From NCBI GenBank assembly GCA_041663445.1, contig JBAYMR010000001.1, positions 47,393 to 111,392 on the forward strand: 64,000 nucleotides of DNA. Reading direction: 5' to 3'. The notes beneath the pieces are model-generated. The model was not told where the DNA came from and made no database searches. It saw only the letters and a program-made list of their open reading frames with translations. Source of the DNA: Candidatus Micrarchaeia archaeon (GTDB lineage Archaea; Micrarchaeota; Micrarchaeia; Anstonellales; Anstonellaceae). Position numbers and translations under genes: made by a program. Of the stretch, positions 17,618 to 26,904 are shown piece by piece. How positions within the stretch are numbered: the stretch's first letter is position 1; each line of letters starts with the position of its first letter.

Positions 17618-18299
17618 GTTTGCTGTACGCGAAAAGGAAGTGTTCGGCGCGCTCGAAGCGCTTGTGCACTCAAAGTGCAAGTTTGCCGTGATAGGCGGCT
17701 ATGCAGTGAATGCCTATGCCTTGCCCAGGTTTTCAGTGGACTGCGACCTTGTGGCAAGCAAGGATGGCGCGCGCAAGGTTGCTCACAAGCTGCTTGCATG
17801 CGGTTTCCATCGCGTACCTCTCCCAAAGCACGCGCCATACGTGAACTTCGTGCGCCTTGAAAAAGAAGTTCTGCCAAGTATTGTTGCGGCATTCGACATC
17901 CTTTATGATGAGGTGCACGACAGGCAGTCAGGCACAACTTTTACCGCGGAGTGGATATTTCTCCATTCATCCATAGTTTCTCTTCCGGCAAAGACATTTG
18001 CGGGTCAACTGAAGGTGCGCGTAGTAGACGCAGATACGCTTTTTGTGATGAAGTTCTGCTGCGCAAGGGCAACTGACATCCGGGACATTTTCATGTTCTG
18101 TGACAAGGTGAAAGACTGGGAATGGGCCAGGGCTGAAATTGCGGCGAGAATGGATTTGGCAGCGCAGCACAGGAAGATAATGCAAAAGGTGTCTGGCACG
18201 GAATTCAGGAAGGATTTGGGCGGCGTTTATGGCTATGTGGAGCCTGCGGCATTCGGAAAAAGGCTGAAAATCTTGGAAAGCGCGCTCAAAATTTCCTAG
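17610..18299 (+). CDS. Pol-beta superfamily nucleotidyltransferase, AbiEii-like toxin
   Basis: VIGGYAVNAY...RFSVDCDL; LFVMK...RATDIRD. Confidence 0.75.
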   Translation: MDKFAVREKEVFGALEALVHSKCKFAVIGGYAVNAYALPRFSVDCDLVASKDGARKVAHKLLACGFHRVPLPKHAPYVNFVRLEKEVLPSIVAAFDILYDEVHDRQSGTTFTAEWIFLHSSIVSLPAKTFAGQLKVRVVDADTLFVMKFCCARATDIRDIFMFCDKVKDWEWARAEIAARMDLAAQHRKIMQKVSGTEFRKDLGGVYGYVEPAAFGKRLKILESALKIS

Positions 18300-18372
18300 G
18301 AAATGTGCTCTGCCGCAAGGTTAATTAACGCCGTACACAAAATAAGATTACATGGCATCGTCGACGAAGTTC

Positions 18373-18430
18373 ACGCCATGCCCTCATCGTGCGCTACCGG
18401 GTTATGACGTGCAACACTTTAAATAGGTTT
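18373..18430. repeat. 58-bp direct repeat, copy 2
   Basis: 57/58 identical to 16824-16881. Confidence 0.92.
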
Positions 18431-18484
18431 TAGGGAACTGGCGCAAGCCATTGGGAAATGCGCGGACTGCGCAGGCCAAGCGCT

Positions 18485-19195
18485 TTACCTGACCGGCAGG
18501 TATTTCCTGTAGTTCAGAAGCCTGTTGAGCGGCATTTTCGGGAAATCCGTTACAAGCCCCAGGTTTGCGTAGTAAAGCGCGGCCCTGAAAGTCCCGCTGC
18601 TCTCCAGCCTGCGCGCGGAAGTGGTGACCGTGGGCTCGGGAAGGAAAATCACCCGCCCGGCCTTGTGGAGCCTTTTTGCGAATGCACCGTCCTCAAGCGG
18701 GGCGTTCGGGAACCCGCCCGTCCGGAAGAATGTTTCGCGCCGCACTGCGTTGTTGAAGCCGAGTATCTCGCCCCTGCCGAATGCGCCCTTGATGAGCAGG
18801 TACTTGTTTGAAAGCTCCTGCACTGCGCCTAGCGTGCGGCTGCTTTTGTCGAACCGGAACGCGCACGACAGGCCCGAGATGCTTTTTTCGCGCATGACCG
18901 CGTGGACAGCCTCCATGTAGTTGCTCGGGATGCAGGTGTCGGCGTCCACGAATATGAAAAGGCTTCCCTTCGCCGCCTTTGCGCCCGCGTTCCTGCCGAA
19001 GGAGATGCCCTTCTTTTTGGACGTGACGAAGCGGTCCGCGCGCCTGAGGGCTATCTTGCGCGTCCCGTCCGTGCTTTGCCCGTCAGCCACAATAAGCTCA
19101 TAGTCAAGGGAAGTCTGCTGGCGCCTGATGGAGCGGAGGCACGAGGCAAGCAGCTTTTCCTCGTTCAATGCCGGAACTATTACCGAAACGTCCAT
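18485..19195 (-). CDS. Glycosyltransferase family 2
   Basis: VSVIVPALNEE, VADGQSTD, FVDAD, ED motif. Confidence 0.9.
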   Translation of the reverse strand: MDVSVIVPALNEEKLLASCLRSIRRQQTSLDYELIVADGQSTDGTRKIALRRADRFVTSKKKGISFGRNAGAKAAKGSLFIFVDADTCIPSNYMEAVHAVMREKSISGLSCAFRFDKSSRTLGAVQELSNKYLLIKGAFGRGEILGFNNAVRRETFFRTGGFPNAPLEDGAFAKRLHKAGRVIFLPEPTVTTSARRLESSGTFRAALYYANLGLVTDFPKMPLNRLLNYRKYLPVR

Positions 19196-19274
19196 GACGA
19201 ACCTCTGCGATGGCTTTCCCTTGTGCGATTTCTGCGCCAGGCAAGATTAAATAGGCATGTCAGCTTAAGGCAAA

Positions 19275-19364
19275 TGCGCGGATGAGGATAAGTGGATTCT
19301 CTGAGCAGGGGCGGTGCTATCACACCGCCTTTGCCATGACGCCTAACACAATTACTGACGCGCA
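19275..19364 (+). ncRNA. Probable box C/D guide sRNA
   Basis: Terminal stem TGCGCG/CGCGCA; C box ATGAGGA, D' CTGA, 12-bp internal hairpin, C' ATGACG, D CTGA; 12-13 nt guides; TTAAATA upstream. Confidence 0.7.
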
Positions 19365-19424
19365 AAAAAAAACAGTAAAGCCCGGATTCTGTTGGCGCGC
19401 CGCGCAGCTCCTCTCGCGCAAAAA

Positions 19425-19808
19425 TCAGGAAGGCTCGTAAAGCTCTATAGGCAGCCCGTCGGGGTCGCGCAGGAAGCAGAACCAGGCGCAAGACGTGCCC
19501 TTGGAAGGCGCGTCTATGTCAAGCCCCTTGGCTGCAAGCTCGCGCTGCTTTTTTCTGACATCGGCAACCTCGATGGAAATGTGCTTGAGACCGAGCACTG
19601 ACAAGTTGGACAAGTCGTCTTTCCTGCCCACTGCATTTTGAAACTGGAAGATTTCCAATTGGAAACCCTCCAACTGCAGGACAACTGCGCTGCCCTTCCA
19701 ACCGGGCTTGGTGAACCGATTCACCTCAGTGAAGCCAAAATTTTCCTTGTAAAAACTGGCGGATGCTTCCAAATCCCGGACAGTCATTGCGATGTGGTGC
19801 ACACGCAT
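19425..19808 (-). CDS. VOC/glyoxalase family protein
   Basis: HHIAMTVRDLEAS..FY, HISIEV, FLRDPDGLPIEL. Confidence 0.9.
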   Translation of the reverse strand: MRVHHIAMTVRDLEASASFYKENFGFTEVNRFTKPGWKGSAVVLQLEGFQLEIFQFQNAVGRKDDLSNLSVLGLKHISIEVADVRKKQRELAAKGLDIDAPSKGTSCAWFCFLRDPDGLPIELYEPS

Positions 19809-19911
19809 TGAAATCTTCCCCGCTTTTATTTCCGCCGAGCTATCCCGCGCGGTTTTTTCCGCAATCAGTTCTTATTTTTCCTTCCGGCCATTTCGCGCGC
19901 TTTTTCGGAAG

Positions 19912-21903
19912 TCATTTCTTCTTCGCGACCATTTCTTTTGCTTTTTGCGCAATGTGCTCTGCGGACAGGCCGAAGCGCCTGATGAGGTCCCAGGGCGCGC
20001 CGGTTTCCCCGAACCTGTCCTCAACGCCCATCATGTCGAACACCACAGGCTGCGCGCAATTGGTGAGTATGGCAGCGGCCACGATGTTCCCAAGCCCGCC
20101 CTTCTGGTGCTCCTCCACCGTCAGCACGCAGCCGCATCCGCGCGCGGCTGCGAGGATGGCTTGCTTGTCAAGCGGCTTGAGCGTGGAGAGGTTCACCACG
20201 CGCGCGGCGATGTGGAATTCCTCTTTCAATATCCAGGCCGCGCGCATTGCCTCCGCCACTTCGGGGCCGCAGGAGATTATCGCGATGTCCTCGTGCGCCT
20301 CTTTTGCGTCGGTGGAAAGCTGGTGGGTGAAGGCGTCGGCGAACTTAGGCTGCTCGCCGTTGTAGCGTATGATTGTCGCAATGCCGAACCTGTATGGGGT
20401 GGAGGGCGAGGTGATGATGGGCGTGGGCTCGCGCGCAAAGCGGAGGTAGCACGGGCCGTTTATCTGGTCAATCATCGCGGCGGTTGCCTTTTTCGTCTCT
20501 GCCATGTCGCAGGGGATGAGAAGGCTCATGTTGGGAAGCCCGGCTATCTGGAAAATCTCCTCAAGCGCCTGGTGCGTGGCGCCGTCAGGCCCGACGGATA
20601 TCCCGCCGTGCGCGCCCACAATCTTGACGTTCCAGTTGCCGTAGCACACTGTCGTCCTCACCTGGTCAAGCGCGCGGCCCGCGGCGAAAACGCCATAGGT
20701 GCCGAAGAACGGTATCTTGCCCTCCTTCGCCATGCCCGCGGCAACGCATGTGCCGGACTGCTCGGCGATTCCCATTGAGAAAAAGCGGCCCTTGCGCTCG
20801 GGCCTGTTCTTGTAGAACATGTTTATCGAGATGGAACCGGAGATGTCCGCGCCGAGCGCGACCACGTTCGGGTTTTCATTCTGCTCAAGCTCGTCGCCAA
20901 ACCCGTCCTTGGTGGATTTCATTTCCACTTTCATTTTCTCCTGCGCGTTCCACCAGTAGTTGCGCGAAAACCTGGGCATTGCCGCTTCGATGGCGGCGCC
21001 CACTTCCTTTTGGTGGGCCGCTGCAAGCGCAATCATTTCGTCCTTGGGAAGGCGCTGCATGCCAAGCTCGGAAAGGGCCGCTTCCAGCTCGTCCTTTTTC
21101 GGCGCGCGCCCGTGCCAGCCAGCCTGGTTTTCCATGAATGAGACGCCCTTGCCCTTCACGGTATTTGCGATTATCACCGTGGGCTTGCCTTTTGTCCGCG
21201 CGGCTTCCTCGAACGCGGCGATGAGTGCCTCGATGCTGTGCCCGTCGGCAACGATGACATGCCAGCCGAACGCGCGGTATTTCTCGTCAATGGGGTCAAT
21301 GCCCATCACGTCGCGCACCGCCCCGTCAATCTGCAGGGAGTTCTTGTCCACTATGCCCACGAGGTTGTCGAGCTTGTAGTGCGCAGCCTCCATCGCCGCC
21401 TCCCAAATCTGCCCCTCCTGCTGCTCCCCGTCGCCCATCAGGCAATAAACGCGGTAGCCTTTGCCGTCCAGGCGGGCGGCGAGGGCGTCGCCGACAGCAA
21501 TGCTTAAGCCTTGCCCGAGCGAGCCGCAGGATGCCTCGATGCCCGCGCATTTTTTCCTGTCAGGGTGCCCGCAGAACGGCGAGTCCATCTTGCGGAGCAG
21601 CGCGGTCTGCTTGACGTCGAAATAGCCCGTGTAGCCGAGGGGGATGTACCATGCCGGCGCCTTGTGGCCTGCGGAGAAAAAGAGCCTGTCGCGCGCATCC
21701 CAGGCAGGGTCGGACGGCTTGTGGCGCATGGTGCGGAGGTAAAGGGTGGAAACGACGTCCATGCAGGACAATGTGCCGCCCGTGTGCCCGCTTCCCGCGC
21801 AGTGGAGCGCGATGAGGGAGTAGCCGCGCATTTCAGCAGCGGCCCTTGCAATCTCCGGTGCGGAATAGTTTTTTTCGTTGCCGTTCGCGTCGAATATCCC
21901 CAT
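19912..21903 (-). CDS. tkt: Transketolase (single-chain)
   Basis: SGHTGG, GSLGQG, GDGE(x)nN TPP motif, TVKGKG, GIAEQ, GPDGATHQ. Confidence 0.9.
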   Translation of the reverse strand: MGIFDANGNEKNYSAPEIARAAAEMRGYSLIALHCAGSGHTGGTLSCMDVVSTLYLRTMRHKPSDPAWDARDRLFFSAGHKAPAWYIPLGYTGYFDVKQTALLRKMDSPFCGHPDRKKCAGIEASCGSLGQGLSIAVGDALAARLDGKGYRVYCLMGDGEQQEGQIWEAAMEAAHYKLDNLVGIVDKNSLQIDGAVRDVMGIDPIDEKYRAFGWHVIVADGHSIEALIAAFEEAARTKGKPTVIIANTVKGKGVSFMENQAGWHGRAPKKDELEAALSELGMQRLPKDEMIALAAAHQKEVGAAIEAAMPRFSRNYWWNAQEKMKVEMKSTKDGFGDELEQNENPNVVALGADISGSISINMFYKNRPERKGRFFSMGIAEQSGTCVAAGMAKEGKIPFFGTYGVFAAGRALDQVRTTVCYGNWNVKIVGAHGGISVGPDGATHQALEEIFQIAGLPNMSLLIPCDMAETKKATAAMIDQINGPCYLRFAREPTPIITSPSTPYRFGIATIIRYNGEQPKFADAFTHQLSTDAKEAHEDIAIISCGPEVAEAMRAAWILKEEFHIAARVVNLSTLKPLDKQAILAAARGCGCVLTVEEHQKGGLGNIVAAAILTNCAQPVVFDMMGVEDRFGETGAPWDLIRRFGLSAEHIAQKAKEMVAKKK

Positions 21904-21949
21904 ATTACCAACCTTGACCTGCATTTGTATTGTGATTTTCGTGCAGCCT

Positions 21950-23176
21950 TCACCACGTGAGCGTGCCGTCTTTTTGGTCCTTGGTGCCAAGCACCGCCTT
22001 CATGCGCCGGATGCCCTCGACGATATTGTCCTTTGAGGTCGCATAGGAGAGGCGGATGTGCTGCTCCGGGTCGCCCGGGTTCCGCCTGCCGAAGTGTATA
22101 TCCGCAAGCACCGCCACGCCGTTTTTCAGTAGGAGCCTGCGCAGCTCCTCGGAATCCTTGAGCTTGAGCTTTTTCACCGCTGCGGTGACATTGGGGAACG
22201 CGTAGAACGCGCCGCCCGGCACGAGGCATCGCACGCCGTCCACTTCGTTGAGGAGCCTGACGATGAGGTCTCGGCGCTCCTTGAAGGAGGCAGCCATCCT
22301 TTCGCTTTCGTCCTGCGGGCCGTCAAGCGCCGCGGCAAGAGCGTATTGGGACATGTGGTTTGCGCAGCTCTCCGTGTTGGTAACCCAGCGCGCGATGTGC
22401 GGGGCGAGCACGGGGTTTGCGATGTAGCCCATGCGCCAGCCTGTCATTGCGTAGGATTTCGATGCCCCGTCGGAGACGATGGTGCGCTCGTACATTTCAG
22501 GCAACGAGGCGATGCTCCTGAATTCCTTGTCGTACGAGAGCGTGCAGTAGACCTCGTCGCTGTAGACCCAGAAGTCGTGCTTCTTCGCAAGCGCCGCGAC
22601 TTCCTTCAGGTCGTCCTCCTCCAGTATGCCGCCAGTCGGGTTTTGCGGCGTGTTGATGATGAGGAGCTTTGTCCTGTTGGAGATGCGCGCCTTCAGCTCC
22701 TCGATGTCGAAGCTGAATTTCCTTTTCTCGGACAGGGGCAGCGGCACCGGCACCGCGCCGTTCGCGATTATCTGGGACTGGTATATCGGGAAGCCGGGGT
22801 TGGGGTAGATTACCTCGTCCCCCACGCCGTGGTCGGTGGTGCAGGCAATCGTGTATGCGATGAACGGCTTTGCGCCGTTCGCTATCACCACGTGCTCGGG
22901 CTTCACGTCTATCCTGCGCGTGCGGGACAGGTAGCGCGCCACGGCCTCGCGTGCCATCATGGTGCCCGCGGAATCGGTGTAGCCGGTTTTCCCGTCGTTT
23001 ATCGCCTTTATCGCGGCGTCCTTGATGTGCCGCGGCGTGTCGAAGTCGGGCTGGCCGATGCAGAAGCTTATCACGTCCTTGCCTTCCCTCTTCAGGCGGT
23101 TCACTTCCGCAAGCACTTCAAAAGCAGTCTCGGTTCCCAAGTCCGTTGTCCGTTTAGAGATGTCCAAATAGCTCAC
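21950..23176 (-). CDS. PLP-dependent aminotransferase class I/II (AspC-like)
   Basis: GQPDF, NTPQNPTG, SDEVY, SKSYAMTGWR. Confidence 0.92.
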   Translation of the reverse strand: MSYLDISKRTTDLGTETAFEVLAEVNRLKREGKDVISFCIGQPDFDTPRHIKDAAIKAINDGKTGYTDSAGTMMAREAVARYLSRTRRIDVKPEHVVIANGAKPFIAYTIACTTDHGVGDEVIYPNPGFPIYQSQIIANGAVPVPLPLSEKRKFSFDIEELKARISNRTKLLIINTPQNPTGGILEEDDLKEVAALAKKHDFWVYSDEVYCTLSYDKEFRSIASLPEMYERTIVSDGASKSYAMTGWRMGYIANPVLAPHIARWVTNTESCANHMSQYALAAALDGPQDESERMAASFKERRDLIVRLLNEVDGVRCLVPGGAFYAFPNVTAAVKKLKLKDSEELRRLLLKNGVAVLADIHFGRRNPGDPEQHIRLSYATSKDNIVEGIRRMKAVLGTKDQKDGTLTW

Positions 23177-23297
23177 CTTGAATCAAGCAGCGCTAAACCG
23201 CACCGCCCACACATGTTGGGATTTGCGGCAATATAATTTATATGTGATGGTTGCCCGGGCAGCAATGAATAAAAACAGCCATGCGCGAAATGGAGGC

Positions 23298-24512
23298 ATG
23301 CTTCAAAAGATAATGGCGCAGGCAAAGGGGACCTGGGACGACCCGTTCAGCCGGTTCCTCGTCCTCCTCATCGTGGTTGCCGCGGGCTATGCGCTTGCCT
23401 TTTCCGCGACAGTGGAGCCTGTTGCGCCGCAGCAGTTTTCCGGCAACGCCACGCTAGACGTTCATTTCTTCTACCACCCGTCATGCCCGCACTGCAAGGA
23501 GCAGATGCCCTATAACCAGCAGATTGCGGAGGAATACCCGGGTGCGAGATGGATTTACCACGACACGTCCGACCCTGTGCAGAACGAGCTTATGGAAAGC
23601 ACGCTTGCGGCACTCGGCAGGAAGCAGGAGGGCGTGCCGACCACGATAATAAACAAGACGGTGATTGTGGGCTTTGACAAGTCAAGCACGCCGCAGAAAA
23701 TCCGGGATGCGATTATCGCAGGCAATGGCGCGGGAAACACTGAAGGGAAGAACGGGACGGCGCAGGGAAAGGCAATCACGTTGCCGCTTGTCGGCACCAT
23801 AAACCCGTACGAATATTCCCTGCCGGCGCTCGCGGTTACCCTCGGGCTTATAGACGGGTTCAACCCGTGCGCGATGTGGGTGCTTGTTTACCTCATCTCC
23901 CTCACGCTCACCCTCAACGACAGGAGGCGCTTCCTCCTGGTGGTGGGCACTTTCCTTCTTGCCTCGGGCGCGCTTTATTTCCTCATAATGGCGGCGTGGC
24001 TCAACGCGTTCCTGTTCGTGGGCTATACGCGCCCGGTGATGATTGGCGTGGGCGCAATCGCGCTTTACTGGGGGGCGGTTTCGCTCCGCGAGTTTTGGAA
24101 AAACAGGGGCGAGATTGCCTGCCAGGTGGGGGACGCCAGGGAAAAGAGGAAGCTGGCGGGGGAAATGCAGGGGCTGCTGTCATCGCCCCTGACGATTGCC
24201 ACGTTTGCGGGCATCGTGGTGCTGGCGGTCACGGTGAATTCCATCGAGTTTGTCTGCTCGGCGGCCATCCCGGCTGTTTTCACGCAGGTGCTTTCGCTGT
24301 CGGGCGTATCGGCGCTGGAGCATTACTTCTACATATTCGTCTATGTGCTGATGTACATGGCGGACGACATCATTGTCTTCGCGCTTGCCTACTTTGCGGT
24401 GGGCGGCACGCTCGGCAGCAAGGTGGCGTCGTACGGGCATGTGATTGGCGCAGCCATACTGATTGCGCTCGGCGTGATGCTTTTGTTTGCGCCAAAGCTG
24501 CTCATGGTCTGA
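23298..24512 (+). CDS. Thioredoxin-domain (CPHC) plus CcdA/DsbD-like membrane protein
   Basis: HPSCPHC and GVPT; TM domain with DGFNPCA and EFVCSA; start is approximate. Confidence 0.8.
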   Translation: MLQKIMAQAKGTWDDPFSRFLVLLIVVAAGYALAFSATVEPVAPQQFSGNATLDVHFFYHPSCPHCKEQMPYNQQIAEEYPGARWIYHDTSDPVQNELMESTLAALGRKQEGVPTTIINKTVIVGFDKSSTPQKIRDAIIAGNGAGNTEGKNGTAQGKAITLPLVGTINPYEYSLPALAVTLGLIDGFNPCAMWVLVYLISLTLTLNDRRRFLLVVGTFLLASGALYFLIMAAWLNAFLFVGYTRPVMIGVGAIALYWGAVSLREFWKNRGEIACQVGDAREKRKLAGEMQGLLSSPLTIATFAGIVVLAVTVNSIEFVCSAAIPAVFTQVLSLSGVSALEHYFYIFVYVLMYMADDIIVFALAYFAVGGTLGSKVASYGHVIGAAILIALGVMLLFAPKLLMV

Positions 24513-24684
24513 CCCCCGCCGGGTTCTCCGCCAGCTTGCCTGCCATCGCCATGGCCGCCCGCAGCAGGGCTGCCCATTCCCCACCCCGGGGCGCAGGCTT
24601 TTGCAGGCAGCCGCCACGCGGGCGGCAGGGGACGCCTTTTTAATATTTTAGCGACTGATAGGGAACAAGAATAAGGGTGGTTAT

Positions 24685-25722
24685 TTGTCGGGCAAACCGT
24701 TTGCAGTTCCTCTTTTGGCGATAATCGGCATTTTTGCGCTCATCCTGCTTTCAGGCTGCCTGGCGCAGGGCTGCTCTTCGGACAAGAGCTGCAAGGCGTG
24801 GCAATTCTGCGACACCGCGAAAAAGGCATGCGCGCTGCGCGACGGGTACTGCAACGCTGACAGCGAATGCAACGACGCGCTCAAGGCATGCCCGGCGGCA
24901 ACGCACCAGTGCGCGTTCCTTGAGAACAGGTGCAGGAACGACGGCGACTGCGGAAGCTGGCAGGTTTGCGATTCAACAGGCAACAACACCTGCAGGCCGC
25001 GCGCAGGCTATTGCGACGACGACTCGGTTTGCGACACCGCCACCGAGGTCTGCAGCCAAAGCAGGCACGTCTGCGTGCCCAAGCCCGGCGGCTGCTCGAA
25101 CCAGTTCGACTGCGAATCGTGGCAGATGTGCAACATGACGTCCAAGAGGTGCATACCGCTCACCGGAAGGTGCGCCTCGGACGTGGACTGCTCGCTATGG
25201 CAGGTGTGCAACACCACAAGCATGGTATGCGCGGTGAAGCCAGGCTTCTGCAACAACGACCTGGACTGCGAAAGCTTCATGATTTGCGACAGGGCGCTCA
25301 AGCGCTGCGTGGTGTCGTCCGATTCATGCCTGACCGACACGGACTGCCGCGACTGGGAGCTTTGCAACACAGGGACGAACAAGTGCGAGGCGCAGCGCGG
25401 GCTATGCTCGTCGCTGGCGGACTGCGAGAGCTGGCAAATCTGCAATGCGGCAAGCAGGCGCTGCGCGAGCAGGCCGGGCTACTGCACCAGCAACTCCGAA
25501 TGCAACTCGGCATACCAGCAGTGCGATGTGCCCACCCACAAGTGCATGGTGATGGCGGGCTACTGCACCAAATCGGCGGAATGCGCGTACAACGAGCGCT
25601 GCGAGCTTGACCCGCTTTCCACAAGCGCATACAGGTGCGTAAAGGCGGTGTGCGGGACCAACGACGACTGCCCGGGCGGCTTCTGCGACCTGGTGGACCA
25701 CCAGTGCAAGAGCTCGCCCTGA
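24685..25722 (+). CDS. Cys-rich repeat lipoprotein (12 four-Cys repeats)
   Basis: Signal peptide with LSGC lipobox; repeat consensus CxxDxDCxxWQxCxxxxxxC. Confidence 0.8.
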   Translation: MSGKPFAVPLLAIIGIFALILLSGCLAQGCSSDKSCKAWQFCDTAKKACALRDGYCNADSECNDALKACPAATHQCAFLENRCRNDGDCGSWQVCDSTGNNTCRPRAGYCDDDSVCDTATEVCSQSRHVCVPKPGGCSNQFDCESWQMCNMTSKRCIPLTGRCASDVDCSLWQVCNTTSMVCAVKPGFCNNDLDCESFMICDRALKRCVVSSDSCLTDTDCRDWELCNTGTNKCEAQRGLCSSLADCESWQICNAASRRCASRPGYCTSNSECNSAYQQCDVPTHKCMVMAGYCTKSAECAYNERCELDPLSTSAYRCVKAVCGTNDDCPGGFCDLVDHQCKSSP

Positions 25723-25788
25723 CCCGGGCGCGGCACCGCAAGCATTTTATTCTTGAGCAGTTTTGTTAGCTGCAACAACCTCTAGGAG

Positions 25789-26892
25789 ATGAACCATATG
25801 GCAACCATAAAGAATGACGAGTTCGGGCCGGAAATGATAGTCCATGTCTATGACCCGAAGACGGGAATGGAAGGGATTGTGGTTATTGACAACACGGCGA
25901 TAGGCCCAGCAAAGGGAGGCGTGAGGCTGGTGCCGGACATCACTGTCGAGGAAGTGTACGGGCTTGCGCGCGCGATGACATGGAAGAACGCGCTTGCGGG
26001 AATCCCGTTCGGAGGGGCGAAGTCCGGCATCAAGGCGCCGGGCAACGCGCCGAACAAGGCGGAGCTTGTGCGCGCGTTCTCCGAGAAAATCGCCCAGCTG
26101 GTGCCCTCGAAATACGTGCCCGGGCCGGACATGAACATAGGCGAGAACGAGATGGCAATCATATCAAAGACGATAGGCACGCCAAAAGCGTCCACGGGCA
26201 AGCCGGCCAGCATGGGAGGGCTGCCGCACGAGCTTGGCTCCACGGGCTACGGGGTTTTCCTTGCCACCGAGGTGGCGCTTGAGCATGCGAAGATACCGCT
26301 CGCAGGCGCCACTGTCGCCATCGAGGGGTTCGGCAACGTGGGGACGTTCACCGCGAAGTTCCTCACCGGGAAGGGCGCAAAGGTGATTGCGGTGTCCGAC
26401 TCGAAAGGCACGGTTTACCTTGAGGGCGGGCTCAAGTACGACACGCTCATGCAGGTGAAGAAGGAGAAGGGCACGGTCACAGCATATCCGGGCGCAAAGG
26501 TGCTTCCGGCTGCCGACCTGTTCGGCATCAAGTGCGACGTGCTCATACCCGGCGCGCGCCCAAACGTGATACGCGCGGACAACATGGGCGCCATAAAGGC
26601 AAAGGTGATTGTCGAGGCTGCAAACATCCCGATGACGCCGGAAATCGAGCTTGCGCTTGTGAAGAGGGGCGTGATAATCGTGCCTGACTTCGTGGCAAAC
26701 GCGGGCGGCGTGATTTCATCATACGTGGAGTTCATCGGCGGGACCGAGCAGCAGATGTTCGCAATGGTCAAGGAAAAGATAACCGCGAACACGCGGCTCG
26801 TGTTCGAGCGCGCAAAGGGCGGGGACCTCCGCTCGGCGGCCCTTGCGATTGCAAAGGAGCGCGTCCTTGACGCAATGAACAGGAAAAAATAA
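25789..26892 (+). CDS. gdhA: Glutamate dehydrogenase (Glu/Leu/Phe/Val DH family)
   Basis: GPAKGGVR, AMTWKN, GGAKSG, EGFGNVG, EAAN, PDFVANAGGV. Confidence 0.9.
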   Translation: MNHMATIKNDEFGPEMIVHVYDPKTGMEGIVVIDNTAIGPAKGGVRLVPDITVEEVYGLARAMTWKNALAGIPFGGAKSGIKAPGNAPNKAELVRAFSEKIAQLVPSKYVPGPDMNIGENEMAIISKTIGTPKASTGKPASMGGLPHELGSTGYGVFLATEVALEHAKIPLAGATVAIEGFGNVGTFTAKFLTGKGAKVIAVSDSKGTVYLEGGLKYDTLMQVKKEKGTVTAYPGAKVLPAADLFGIKCDVLIPGARPNVIRADNMGAIKAKVIVEAANIPMTPEIELALVKRGVIIVPDFVANAGGVISSYVEFIGGTEQQMFAMVKEKITANTRLVFERAKGGDLRSAALAIAKERVLDAMNRKK

Positions 26893-26904
26893 TGGGGTTA
26901 TGAC

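Noticed and set aside
19371..19393. RNase P RNA 3' conserved motif on the minus strand (AACAGAATCCGGGCTT)
   Set aside because: No 5' GAGGAAAGTCC-like region is nearby and the glyoxalase gene occupies the upstream space. More likely a terminator before the T9 tract; cmscan would settle it.
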